DNA from: Escherichia coli
Lineage (GTDB): Bacteria; Pseudomonadota; Gammaproteobacteria; Enterobacterales; Enterobacteriaceae
DNA: 64,000 nucleotides
Reading direction: 5' to 3' (one strand)
Assembly: GCF_024700885.2 (NCBI RefSeq)
Contig: NZ_CP117016.1
The notes beneath the pieces were generated by a model, which saw nothing but the letters and a program-made list of their open reading frames with translations, ran no database searches and had not been told where the DNA came from. Shown here one piece after another: positions 19,767-33,608 of this stretch (positions within the stretch are counted from its first letter, which is position 1; each line of letters opens with the position of its first letter). Both the position numbers and the translations under genes were made by a program.

Positions 19767-22281
19767 TCTCTTCTCCTGTCTGCGTCACCGCCGCCCACGA
19801 TGAGAGGCCGCTGCAGACCACATCACCGACCCAGACGGCACCGCGCGCCTGGCTGAGTTCCAGTGCCACTTCGCAGGTTTTATTGCCACTGTAGCGAAAA
19901 TCGATAGTGGGGTATTTCTTATCCACGTCCATGACAAACTCGCCGTTTTCATCGGTTCGGGTTCGGCCGATATGGTTGTTAATCCGTGCGTTAGCCAGCA
20001 GTGTGCCGTCTTCCGCACGGATACGACCGGAGACGGTAACCATCTGCTTCACCTCTGGCTCAATGACAGCGACATTGCCTGGATAGAGAGTCAGATGACT
20101 TTTGCGACCGCTGACGATATCGTAACTGTCGAGTGAGTTTTTGCTGTTCTGTAACTCCACCTCATATCTTCCATAGGGAGAGAGCGGGAGATAGTTACGC
20201 TTGCCGTTAAGCGGGAAAATCCGCCCGTTGATTTTGGCGCTGATCTGACCGTCGTCCTCCAGCCCGGTGTTGAATATCACCCCAGCGTTGCCATCAGTCC
20301 GCCCGCTGGCAGCAATGTTTTTACCCTGCCAGCCGACGCTGCCATTGGCGGTCAAGTTGGTATTGACGTAGCCGTCCGCCGCGCTATTGATGTTCAGCGT
20401 TCCGCTGGCGTAACGAGCGTCGAACTGTGCATACGCTCCACCGCTGAGGGTTTTGTCATCACCGGTATCGCCGGAGATGGCTCGTGACAGATTGGCACCA
20501 ACAGTGCGAATGGTCCCTTCATCAAACTGCTTGCGTGCTGACAGGTTTGCCATGGTGTAGCCGTTTTGATGGGTCATCCCTGCGCTAAACCAGTTGCCCA
20601 GTGGTAGCGAGAGATCGAGAGCGATATATTTTCCTGTATTGGCGCTGCTGTCGCCGTTGTTATAGCGCTGAATACCGGCCCGCAGGCCAAGCGTACCAAA
20701 GGTACCGCTGTAGACACTTTGATAGTAATCTGCCGTGTAATAATGGCTGTTGTAACGGCGGTCATCATTGTAGCTGATGCTGAATGTGCCCAGCTTCGAC
20801 CACAGTGAGTTCAGGTTGAGTGTGCCGCCGATAGCACGGTTGTCGGCATCGCTACGTCGCAATTGATTGCCAATGCGGGTTTTTTCCTGATTAACCCACA
20901 GCGAACTAAAGCCTCCCGGTAGAGTGGCGCTGATGCTGCCGATGCTGCTCCATGAGCTGTCACTGGCCAGCATATTTTGCAGGTTAACGTTGATCGCTCC
21001 CCCAAGCGGCAGCGTCAGACGGGTTTCACCCACCGCCTGATTATCGTATCCATATCCCGTTGCCGCCCAGCTAAGCGTACTCAGTGAGCCGGAGGTCGAG
21101 GCACCTGCCAGCCAACTCTCTTTGGCTGGTCGCGTCTTTTTCCCGTTTTCCGACCAGCGATCCATATGAAAGCTACCGCCCCATATCTGCCACGCCAGTG
21201 GTGCACCGACGCCGCGCCCCCGGCTAAACAGCTTATTGACCCGTTGAGTGCGTTTGCTGATCACGCGACCGTTAACGATGACCTCAACTTCCACATCGTA
21301 AATACCGTACGGTAGACCCCGGGTATCCACTTCATGATTGCCCATGGTGAAGTTCTGAACGCTTAGTAGCCGCCCATCACGGGTGAGATGTACTTCGCCC
21401 GCCGCCGGTAAAAAGGCGATCACTGGCGTGGCTGACTGGCTGCTGTCGAAGATGGTGGAGCTGGCCTGGTTTCCCCAGGAAAGGCCGTAAATCTTCCCTG
21501 CTGAAATGGCGGTCATCGGCCCTAAGGACTGCAAGTTCCAGGTGTCGAGCATTCCACCGGCAAATCGGTGACCGGCAAAATCGCGTTCATACATCGCTTT
21601 ATATAATTCACTGTCCTGTTGACCGCTACCGATCCCGTACAGCGAGCCGTCGAGCACCACGTGATGTTCGCGCAGTGCAGTAACGTTATTCAGCGACAGA
21701 TAGCTGGATGTGTTGCTCCCGCCGTTACGCAACTGGTTGTTATAGACGCCGAAGTTATAGCTCAGATTACTGCTGAGGGTGTTAACACTGGACTGCCCGA
21801 TGTCTTCGCTACGTGAGCGTAGTACGGTGCCCAGCGCTTCGCGCTTGACCACTAGCTGCAGCAGCAGTTGGCGCAAGCTGAGATCCAGCTGCGCGTTGTC
21901 AGTCAGGGGGATGGTAAGGGCCTCATTGAACGGGGCGTTCGCCAGAGCCATCAGCTGCTGTCGAGTTTGTTCGCTGACACTGGCGTTATCTTCACTCTCT
22001 TCCAGCTGTATTTTCCGGATGCGTAGCTGTCCATCATCCAGCCAGATAAAAGCGCTGCCGATTCGCTGATCGTCCTGGCGACCCTGGCTACCGGCGAGAT
22101 GAATATAAAGCGGGACGCTCATGCCGTCCTGGAGCGCCTGACTGAAGGCCTGCGGAATAATCACCCCACCTATTTGCTGCGCACTTATGTCAGCAGCGCT
22201 GGCATCGGGCTGAACGAACAAAAAGACCATGCCGAAGGCAAACTGGGCTTTCAGTCCTGGGGAGAACCGTCGTAAAGGCAT
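19756..22281 (-). CDS. ecpC: E. coli common pilus outer-membrane usher EcpC, 841 aa
   Basis: 841-aa usher-sized protein with signal peptide, between chaperone and adhesin genes. Confidence 0.85.
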   Translation of the reverse strand: MPLRRFSPGLKAQFAFGMVFLFVQPDASAADISAQQIGGVIIPQAFSQALQDGMSVPLYIHLAGSQGRQDDQRIGSAFIWLDDGQLRIRKIQLEESEDNASVSEQTRQQLMALANAPFNEALTIPLTDNAQLDLSLRQLLLQLVVKREALGTVLRSRSEDIGQSSVNTLSSNLSYNFGVYNNQLRNGGSNTSSYLSLNNVTALREHHVVLDGSLYGIGSGQQDSELYKAMYERDFAGHRFAGGMLDTWNLQSLGPMTAISAGKIYGLSWGNQASSTIFDSSQSATPVIAFLPAAGEVHLTRDGRLLSVQNFTMGNHEVDTRGLPYGIYDVEVEVIVNGRVISKRTQRVNKLFSRGRGVGAPLAWQIWGGSFHMDRWSENGKKTRPAKESWLAGASTSGSLSTLSWAATGYGYDNQAVGETRLTLPLGGAINVNLQNMLASDSSWSSIGSISATLPGGFSSLWVNQEKTRIGNQLRRSDADNRAIGGTLNLNSLWSKLGTFSISYNDDRRYNSHYYTADYYQSVYSGTFGTLGLRAGIQRYNNGDSSANTGKYIALDLSLPLGNWFSAGMTHQNGYTMANLSARKQFDEGTIRTVGANLSRAISGDTGDDKTLSGGAYAQFDARYASGTLNINSAADGYVNTNLTANGSVGWQGKNIAASGRTDGNAGVIFNTGLEDDGQISAKINGRIFPLNGKRNYLPLSPYGRYEVELQNSKNSLDSYDIVSGRKSHLTLYPGNVAVIEPEVKQMVTVSGRIRAEDGTLLANARINNHIGRTRTDENGEFVMDVDKKYPTIDFRYSGNKTCEVALELSQARGAVWVGDVVCSGLSSWAAVTQTGEENES

Positions 22282-22306
22282 TGTCGTTATCCATCTGCAC
22301 AGCTAT

Positions 22307-22975
22307 CTATTTCACGGGAATGAACTTATCACCCTGCCAAAGTGCAACCCGTCCTTTGTTATCCGCCGTGTCCACGCGGGTAAAACGACGCGACTTGCCC
22401 GGCATCAGGTAGTAATTCTCTTTACACTCCTTACCATTGGCGGCTTTCAGGCAGGGGCCGTAGGCGAGGATCCGCAGCGTCGCATTTCCTGTATTTGTCA
22501 GGGAGCCGTTGGCGTACTGAAAGCGGTAGTTCGCCTGGCGGGGGGCGACGACCAGAATGGTGCCGATGCGGGCGGAAGCAGTGGCTACAGCGCTGCGGTT
22601 GGCATTATCGCGCTGCGCATCACTGAGGGCCTGATCGAACCAGACAATGCGGTAATAGCGCTCTTTCTCATCTACTGGTCCCTTATAGAAGAAGCGGATC
22701 ACTTCGCTGGCTTGGGCGGGTAGCAGCAAGCTAGCGGGAGTGAGTAGCAACTCATCCGGCTTGTCCATTGAGATAACCTGCCCGTCGTCAAGCGGTGAAG
22801 AGAGCCGTTCGAGACGGATATTGATGAGGCGGCCACTGTCGGTACTGTTTTGGATCGTTTTGCTCAGCGTGCTGCTGTCACTGTTCATAAACGATGATAT
22901 ATCGCCGACATCCAGCGCCTGGGCCGGAGATATTCCGGAAAACAGCAGAGCGAGAGGCAGAAGGTGCTTTTTCAT
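22307..22975 (-). CDS. ecpB: E. coli common pilus periplasmic chaperone EcpB, 222 aa
   Basis: Signal peptide [20 protein letters not shown]; size and synteny. Confidence 0.85.
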   Translation of the reverse strand: MKKHLLPLALLFSGISPAQALDVGDISSFMNSDSSTLSKTIQNSTDSGRLINIRLERLSSPLDDGQVISMDKPDELLLTPASLLLPAQASEVIRFFYKGPVDEKERYYRIVWFDQALSDAQRDNANRSAVATASARIGTILVVAPRQANYRFQYANGSLTNTGNATLRILAYGPCLKAANGKECKENYYLMPGKSRRFTRVDTADNKGRVALWQGDKFIPVK

Positions 22976-22990
22976 AACAATTCCGTCCAG

Positions 22991-23016
22991 GAATAAAGCA
23001 GGGGGGCTACCCCTGC
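22991..23016 (-). terminator. Hairpin attenuator/terminator between ecpA and ecpB
   Basis: On the minus strand: stem GCAGGGG / CCCCTGC followed by TTTATTC. Confidence 0.6.
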
Positions 23017-23032
23017 TGGTACATCAGAGAGA

Positions 23033-23620
23033 TTAACTGGTCCAGGTCGCGTCGAACTGTACGCTAACGTCGCCGCTCCAGATGCCTTCCGGTAGAGTGC
23101 TGTAATCGGTTACTGCGGTGGTACCATTGGTGGTGCCGCTGATGATGGTGAAGGTGAAACCATCCTGTGCGGTGGTACGATTGCTGGCATTGTAACCGTT
23201 AGCCAGCGGGCTAAGGTTGCCGCCCAGTACGCCGTTGGCGGTATCGATCATCACGGTATCGCCAGTTTTTTCGACTGCCGCGCCGTTATAATCCACGCCC
23301 ACATTCAGTGTGGAACCTGAGGTATCCAACTGGGTTAATGTGTTGGTGATAAGACGTGAGGTCAGTTTAAAGGCGGTAGCCGTTGAGTCACCTTCGATAG
23401 CCACGTCAAATAGACCTTTCTGTGAGTTAAAACCTTTAATGCCTTCGGCATACTGGAACGCCAGGCTACCGAGTGGCGTCACAACCAGCTTACTGGTGGT
23501 GTCTTTTTTGGCTGTTGCTGACCAGGTCGCTACAGCCTGAGCTGTTACGTCAGCAGCCTGCGCCACACCCATGCCGGTAAACACCGTTACCAGAGCTATT
23601 GCCAGAACCTTTTTTTTCAT
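23033..23620 (-). CDS. ecpA: E. coli common pilus major subunit EcpA, 195 aa
   Basis: Signal peptide [22 protein letters not shown]; pilin-sized; first structural gene after ecpR. Confidence 0.9.
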   Translation of the reverse strand: MKKKVLAIALVTVFTGMGVAQAADVTAQAVATWSATAKKDTTSKLVVTPLGSLAFQYAEGIKGFNSQKGLFDVAIEGDSTATAFKLTSRLITNTLTQLDTSGSTLNVGVDYNGAAVEKTGDTVMIDTANGVLGGNLSPLANGYNASNRTTAQDGFTFTIISGTTNGTTAVTDYSTLPEGIWSGDVSVQFDATWTS

Positions 23621-23693
23621 TGCTTTTCTTCCCGAGTTGAATTGAGGACATGAAGTCCCGGTGAGTCATTTTTAAAACTAACTTGCCTGGAGT

Positions 23694-24305
<612 letters not shown>

Positions 24306-25228
24306 TTACAGGTGCATTCAGTTTCCTTAGTAAACCGGAGGTAAATAAGATACGTAGTACATATCAATAAAGGTTAAACGAGATTAAGTTTAATTATTTT
24401 CGATTGGGCTTAAATTTATGTTTTTTTCCCGATGAGTGTCAATATGTGAACGGAAAAGGAATTCAATGGTTAAGTCAATATTTAGAAAAACTGAAAATAT
24501 TGCTTTTTTGATAAGAAGAAAAAGACATTTAGTTTCATAAGGTTATTGGCAATATAACGTTCATTTCTTACTTGCATTTTATATTGGTCAGGAACTTTGC
24601 CCTGAAGTGTTAGGAATAGTCTTAATGCGCTGTGTGATGGACTAGTAAAAAAACAAGTTTTAAGGGTAAGGGATAGAATATAAAACTATTATGAGCTGTC
24701 ATTGAAGATGATTTGCCAATCAGTAAGATATTTTAATGGATTAACATGCCGCACAAAATGGTTATAGGTGTTCATTACAATAAGTGATGGAAAATTGAAC
24801 GGGTATAAGTACGTCATCTGTTCGGTAAGTCCCCCAAGAGCCAAATTAAGTGAAGTTAAACGAAGGCTGCCAGCTGTCACAGGAACGATGGCCTCTTTGT
24901 CAGGGCACTGCATTCAGTCATCTGTGCGCATTACTCTAACTGGCACTCGAACGTCAGCGACGGGGTTACCGGTGGATCAGGCTGTTCCTGTGGCGTAAAC
25001 GTTTTTATGTTAGTACCAACAGATTTACCACATTTATCATCTTAACAGTTTGAGTGAAAATGCAGGCTGCGCCGCAAAGGGAGGAGACTGATGGCGTGTT
25101 CAGTCTAAAAGAGGGTTGATGCCAGCATACAGGGGCGAAGCTGGTCAACACGTCAACATTAATATAATGGAATATTCGGAGAGAAACGTCAGGCAGTTGA
25201 CCTTAAATGAACAGGAAGATACATCCCC

Positions 25229-25268
25229 AGGAAAATTAATGCTGGTGTAATAAATACACCAACATTAA
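25229..25268 (-). terminator. Intrinsic terminator of the rpmE2-rpmJ2 operon
   Basis: 14-bp stem TTAATGCTGGTGTA / TACACCAACATTAA (one G-U) then, on the minus strand, TTTTCC. Confidence 0.6.
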
Positions 25269-25319
25269 TCCGGTCTGATTATTAATCAGACAAATATCGT
25301 TAATTCGTCGAATTTTAAA

Positions 25320-25460
25320 TCAACGTTTTTTCTTACGACCCTGAACGGCCTTAAAACGTGGATTAGATTTACAAATCACATACAGCCGTCCTTTTCGCTT
25401 CACAATCTGACAGTCTGGATGGCGTTCTTTTGCGGTACGCAGAGAGTTAAGGACTTTCAT
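25320..25460 (-). CDS. rpmJ2: 50S ribosomal protein L36 paralog (zinc-independent), 46 aa
   Basis: Hand translation [46 protein letters not shown]; below the track 60-aa cutoff; start overlaps rpmE2 stop (ATGA). Confidence 0.9.
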   Translation of the reverse strand: MKVLNSLRTAKERHPDCQIVKRKGRLYVICKSNPRFKAVQGRKKKR

Positions 25461-25723
25461 CATGCCTCCTTTTTCGTGCTAACAAAACGACCAAAACGTT
25501 GGGTGAACCGTGCAACATTTCCTTCTGATGCCACTGTTCTCAGCTTCCCTGTATAGAACGGGTGCGATTTCGAAGAGACATCAATTGTTACGTACGGATA
25601 CGTTACGCCATCCAGCTCAATCTCACGGTCTGTTTTGATAGTCGAGCCGATTTTAAAGTACTCATCAACACTGGTGTCATGGAACACCACAGTACGATAC
25701 TCAGGATGGATATTGGGTTTCAT
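25460..25723 (-). CDS. rpmE2: 50S ribosomal protein L31 type B paralog (zinc-independent), 87 aa
   Basis: [18 protein letters not shown]... lacks the CxxC zinc ribbon; preceded by a Zur box. Confidence 0.9.
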   Translation of the reverse strand: MKPNIHPEYRTVVFHDTSVDEYFKIGSTIKTDREIELDGVTYPYVTIDVSSKSHPFYTGKLRTVASEGNVARFTQRFGRFVSTKKEA

Positions 25724-25731
25724 CATTTTTA

Positions 25732-25754
25732 CCGGTTATGTTATAACATAACCG
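25732..25754. promoter_or_regulatory. Zur box (zinc uptake regulator operator) upstream of rpmE2-rpmJ2
   Basis: Palindrome CCGGTTATGTTATAACATAACCG immediately upstream of the rpmE2 start. Confidence 0.8.
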
Positions 25755-26087
25755 CAAAGATACATGCTCATCCGGATCATTTCAACACCCAATCCCTGTG
25801 ACTATTTGTAGGATGTGGAATTTCCGCAACGGAGAAGTCTGGTATTGTTAGCAGCCATTGGCGACGCTCTCATAAACGCCTGGATGAGTGATTGATGATG
25901 GTTTCGCTGAGAGTATGAATTTTTCGAGAATGGAGGCTATCTCCACTTTACTGGCCGATGATTTATCGCAGTTTGATTGATTACCTGACAGCGTGTATTC
26001 CTCTCCCACGGATATAATAATTACTTACAAAAAAGGGAGAGGATGCATATTTTAAATATCACTGCAGTGAACAGTTTATTGCCGTTA

Positions 26088-26189
26088 TTAATAGAAATGG
26101 AGAAATAAATAGGCGTATTCTACAATTGCGACAAAAACAACGATATTAATCAGTTTATGACTGATTTGCTGTACTTTATTCTCTTTCAT
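26088..26189 (-). CDS. ykgR: Small membrane protein YkgR, 33 aa
   Basis: Hand translation MKENKVQQISHKLINIVVFVAIVEYAYLFLHFY; below track cutoff. Confidence 0.7.
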   Translation of the reverse strand: MKENKVQQISHKLINIVVFVAIVEYAYLFLHFY

Positions 26190-26661
26190 TGGTACTTCCT
26201 CGCTTTAAAAAAGAGTGCACTTCGTAAGTGCCCTTATATAAATAACGAGTTTGGTCAACCAATTTTTTGATATGTATCACAAATTTGAATAGATGTATTA
26301 CATCGGCTATCTTTTATTGCCCCAACGTCATTGATATATGTCGCCTGAAGTCAGTCCGGGAATGAGTCTGATCTCAAAACTGGCCCAGTCCGGGCGTTGA
26401 TTGGTGCTGAGGAGCATATCGCATCTCATCATAATGTCGTATCTCCTGGGGTGTTATACAAGATATCGTTGTTGGTGACCTGGGCGAGGAATTGAGTTCT
26501 ATTAAACCGTCAACTATGCTGGATACATACTGGATTACACTGCAGGCACGCCTTACGAGAGAACGTGCCGCAGTGACGGGTTAATTATCTGAAAGAATTT
26601 GCGAGACTGTATCGGTTACTCATTGATTTGATAGTTTTACTCTCGGGAGAGTAATAGATAT

Positions 26662-27804
26662 TTAATCTATTAACGGAAACCAGCCAGTTCCTTTCGATGC
26701 CTGAATTTGATCCCATAGTTTATCCGGAATGGTTAATTCAGGAACAAGTTGTGGATTAAGGGTTGTTTGAATTTCATGGCCTCTACCTGATTCAGCTAAA
26801 GTCACCCATTCTGGATTTATCACCAGCCCTTTACCGATCGCAACAAGTGGCAGGCCAGTGGAAATTGCTTCTTGAGCCTGAGACGGTGTGCGTATTTTAC
26901 CTGCAGCGATTACCGGCACTCTGCCTGCAATATGATTTAAAATCAATTCAATAGTTCGGGGGCCATTTGGCGACTCAACAGGGTAGCTATCGTTAATACT
27001 GACCAGCGAGGTATGTATATACGAAATACCGGATGAAATGAGCCGATCAAGGAGTTTATAAGTATCCTCTATCCGCAGCCCCCCTGTTACAGATTCTTCA
27101 GGAGATATTCTGTAACCGATAGCAAAGGGCTTTGTCGCATATTCATAGACTACATTTTTTACTTCCTGTAATACGGCCAGCGGGAAGCGCATACGTCCTT
27201 CAAGATCTCCTCCCCATCGGTCATTACGCTGGTTAAATAGAGGGGAGAAGAAATTCTGCAGAAGGAATCCGTGCGCACCATGAAGTTCAACGCCATCAAA
27301 ACCTGCTTTAATCGCCCTTTTTGTGACATCTCCGAATGCTCTAATGGTTTCCTGAATTTCGTTTTCAGTCATTTCCCTGCTTTGTACCACTCTCTTCATA
27401 AAGTCACCAGATTTTACGCTTGATGCGCTGGCACTAATAACATCGTTATTTGGTACAAGCTCCGGGATGGCTTTATTACCGGCGTGGAAAATCTGCAAAA
27501 TAGCCGGAGCCCCCCCACTTTGGGCTGCCGCTGCTAACTTTTCAAGGCTGTTAATGAAACGGTCGTCATATGCGGCAAATTCATGAGTAAACCCAATGCC
27601 GCTTGGCGTGACATAGGTACATCCTGTTATTACTAAACCAACATTTTGTGAGCGGCGTTTATAAAATTCGAGTTCTTGCTCAGAGATGGTTCCATCAGGA
27701 TTCGCTGACCAGGTCGTCATAGGGGCCATAACGATACGATTACGTAGCTTTATTTTTTCTGTCAGCATAAAAGGAGAAAACAATGATGGGTGTTTATTTG
27801 TCAT
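26662..27804 (-). CDS. Old Yellow Enzyme family NADH:flavin oxidoreductase (380 aa)
   Basis: OYE/NemA-like sequence including HGAHGFLL...F motif region. Confidence 0.8.
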   Translation of the reverse strand: MTNKHPSLFSPFMLTEKIKLRNRIVMAPMTTWSANPDGTISEQELEFYKRRSQNVGLVITGCTYVTPSGIGFTHEFAAYDDRFINSLEKLAAAAQSGGAPAILQIFHAGNKAIPELVPNNDVISASASSVKSGDFMKRVVQSREMTENEIQETIRAFGDVTKRAIKAGFDGVELHGAHGFLLQNFFSPLFNQRNDRWGGDLEGRMRFPLAVLQEVKNVVYEYATKPFAIGYRISPEESVTGGLRIEDTYKLLDRLISSGISYIHTSLVSINDSYPVESPNGPRTIELILNHIAGRVPVIAAGKIRTPSQAQEAISTGLPLVAIGKGLVINPEWVTLAESGRGHEIQTTLNPQLVPELTIPDKLWDQIQASKGTGWFPLID

Positions 27805-28048
27805 AACAATACCTCAAATGTTTATCTGATTTTGATGCGTATGTTTTAACTGGTTAGTTGTTGCCAGCTTTGGAACCAAGATTTCTGGCTTTATTTATAA
27901 TCCCTTCAAAGGGTTTCTAATAATCTTAATAATTGAGTTGCTGCTTTTTTGTTTCTTTAATGAAATTTCTTTTTGAGTAATTTTATTATTGTTGTGTAGT
28001 CAATAAAGGATAAATGTCAGGGAGATAAGGAATCTCCCTGTAAAATTA

Positions 28049-28969
28049 TTACAAATGTGTTTTATAAAAAGGAATTAATTTATCGAGTGCCTGTTTCACA
28101 GGTTCTGGCTTATCATACAGGTCGTAATGTGAATAACCTTCAACCACGACCAGCTCTTTATGTTTTGAGGCAGCGCGGCCAATAATTTCGCAGCCGTCAC
28201 GGTAGGCACCAAATGCGCCCACTCTATCGCCCACCACAACCATTATTGGTTGAGTTAACAGGACTTCTGCAAGATGAAATGCATCCCAACCCACGGCAAC
28301 AGTCTGATGTGAGAATAGCGAACGATTTACCCCATTAGGTGCACAGCCTCGTGGCGAACGATAATATTCTGTGGCTTCAAAAAGGTCTATTTCTGTTAAT
28401 CCCGCTTCAAGAGCTGCATCCGGAGAAGAGGGGAGTAAATCATCTACGCGAAGTTTTGCGCCGTTAGCTTCGTCTGTTCTTTGTTGCGCCATTGCTTCGA
28501 GTGCTCCGATAGGATTAAACGCTGTAAATCCCTCACGCATAAGACGCCCGTAGTTTGCACCCGTGACAGTACCAATAGCTTTAATTCGACGTTCTGTCAT
28601 TGCGGCATTAATGGCATATCCACCTCCACCACAAATACCCAGTACACCAATACGCCCGGCATCAACGTAAGGTAAGGTGGTAAGGTAATCAACGACAATG
28701 CTGAAGTCTTTTACTCGCATTGTTGGATCTTCCAGATAACGCGGTTCCCCACCGCTGCTTCCCTGAAAACTGGCATCAAAAGCAATGACGATAAAGCCAG
28801 CTTTTGCCAGGGCGGCACCATACACACTACCCGATGTCTGTTCTTTGCAGCTTCCAATTGGATGGGCGCTGATAATGGCAGGATACTTTTTTTCACTATT
28901 AAAATCGTCAGGGAAATAGATATCAGCAGCTATATCCCAGTAAGTGTGTTTTATCGAAACAGTTTTCAT
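28049..28969 (-). CDS. Alpha/beta hydrolase (dienelactone hydrolase-like), cytoplasmic paralog (306 aa)
   Basis: Shares GVLGICGGGGYAINAA and C-terminal VVVEGYSHYDLYD with the disrupted gene at 8151-9279. Confidence 0.8.
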   Translation of the reverse strand: MKTVSIKHTYWDIAADIYFPDDFNSEKKYPAIISAHPIGSCKEQTSGSVYGAALAKAGFIVIAFDASFQGSSGGEPRYLEDPTMRVKDFSIVVDYLTTLPYVDAGRIGVLGICGGGGYAINAAMTERRIKAIGTVTGANYGRLMREGFTAFNPIGALEAMAQQRTDEANGAKLRVDDLLPSSPDAALEAGLTEIDLFEATEYYRSPRGCAPNGVNRSLFSHQTVAVGWDAFHLAEVLLTQPIMVVVGDRVGAFGAYRDGCEIIGRAASKHKELVVVEGYSHYDLYDKPEPVKQALDKLIPFYKTHL

Positions 28970-29125
28970 TTCAAGCTCCGGGGATTTGCCTAAACAGATT
29001 TAAATATCATTTCTATTATCCGCAACTGGCATTCGTGTTCATATCGAGAACGGCGTAATAGTATGACTTGTATTGGTTATCATCAATGGTCTAATATCTA
29101 TCACAGTGTTAAGTTAAGGTTTACA

Positions 29126-30052
29126 ATGATGAAAATAGAGCCTTCAATTTTGCCTTCTCTTGCCTGGTTTGCGCATATTGTTCGTGCCGGCAGTTTTTCC
29201 AGAGCCGCTTCTGAAATGGGTATTACGCGGGCCGCATTGTCCCAGAATTTAAAATCTCTTGAGGAACGTCTTAACACCAAGCTGATATACCGTACGACCC
29301 GCAATATGTCGCTTACTGAGGAAGGACTGCGTCTGTATGAAGTGCTGGTGTCGGCTTTGGGGCAAATTGATGATGCTTTGAAAGATGTTGGTGATACCCA
29401 ACTTGAACCTACAGGCCTGTTGAGAATAAATTCCTCCCGTGTTGCAGCAAGGATGCTTATTGAGCCTCATATTGGCGAGTTTCTTACTCGTTACCCCAAA
29501 ACAAAGATAGAACTCATTATGGATGACGGTTTATCTAACATTATTGCGGACGGCTGTGATGTGGGCATACGTCTTGAGCAAGGACTGGATGAGCATATGA
29601 CTGCCGTTCCTGTTTCTCCGCTTATTAAACTGGTTACTGTGGCATCGCCAGATTATTTAAAAGAACACGGTATTCCTGAAACGCCTCAGGAACTGAGTAA
29701 CCATAATTGCCTTCGGTTGCGGCATAAAAGTAGCGGTGCACTCTCTGCATGGGAGTTTTCTAATGTTGCGGGCGGGAATGAAGAGTTCGAAATAGAGGTT
29801 TCAGGTAAGTATATTTCTAATGATGACGAAAGCATGATACGAATGGCGCTGAATGGAACGGGTATCATTCAACATCTGGATTTTGCAATCGCTGAACATA
29901 TCAATGCGGGCAAGTTACAGCCGATTCTTGAGGATTGGGCCGTTTCATTTCCTGGGTTTTATATATATGTTTCATCACGGGTGAGAATGCCCTCTAAAGT
30001 TCGTGCTTTTATTGATTTTATGGTGGAGAAAAGAGTAAAAATAGAAAGTTAA
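29126..30052 (+). CDS. LysR-family transcriptional regulator (308 aa from Met-22)
   Basis: HTH FAHIVRAGSFSRAASEMGITRAALSQ; start chosen at MMKIEP with AAGG RBS (track start 29063). Confidence 0.8.
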   Translation: MMKIEPSILPSLAWFAHIVRAGSFSRAASEMGITRAALSQNLKSLEERLNTKLIYRTTRNMSLTEEGLRLYEVLVSALGQIDDALKDVGDTQLEPTGLLRINSSRVAARMLIEPHIGEFLTRYPKTKIELIMDDGLSNIIADGCDVGIRLEQGLDEHMTAVPVSPLIKLVTVASPDYLKEHGIPETPQELSNHNCLRLRHKSSGALSAWEFSNVAGGNEEFEIEVSGKYISNDDESMIRMALNGTGIIQHLDFAIAEHINAGKLQPILEDWAVSFPGFYIYVSSRVRMPSKVRAFIDFMVEKRVKIES

Positions 30053-30134
30053 TGATGTGTGTCAGAATATCGGTAAGAAGAATGGCACAATCGTGAGGAT
30101 ACGTTTATTCATAATAAATCTCCTGAAAGTTTAG

Positions 30135-33058
<2,924 letters not shown>

Positions 33059-33608
33059 TTATCGTTCATGAGAAGCATAACGTAAAGGGAAAAGCTCGAT
33101 TAGACGGCAGGATTTGTCAGGGGTTATGAACGAAATTCATAAATCTGTTTGAGTGTTGCGATGAGTCGTGCAAGTTCGATATCCCTGCAATTCACAGTCT
33201 GATGAAGGAAAATGAATATCCATAAAAAATATATTGGTTTATCCTGGTGTATATACCTACTTCGACGTATTCCCAATAGCGATTAATTAAAGATAGGTCA
33301 TTATTATTCACTCTTAATAATGAATTATTCACTGCCCGCAGAGTAAGAAATATAACTTAAGTATCTATTTAATAACTTGCACAAAAAGCTAAATTTTTAC
33401 CCATAAATAAAAATATAATCCCGCGCCCAACCACCTGATGAGTGGCTACAGACACTGGATATATTAGGTGGCGGTGTACTTTCTTACATAAAGGTATTTC
33501 CTTTTCTGCGGAAAAGGAAATCGGGGATTTCCCGGTTTTTCTGACAAGCAGACGCCACTATTTGTGTCTGCCTATGTTCGTTAATTCGTTCATCAGGAAA
33601 TTATCTCA

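Noticed and set aside
24689-24998. ykgL-like small ORF (74 aa on minus, 76 aa on plus, overlapping)
   Set aside because: Two mutually exclusive ORFs on opposite strands, both with weak starts; cannot decide strand from sequence alone.
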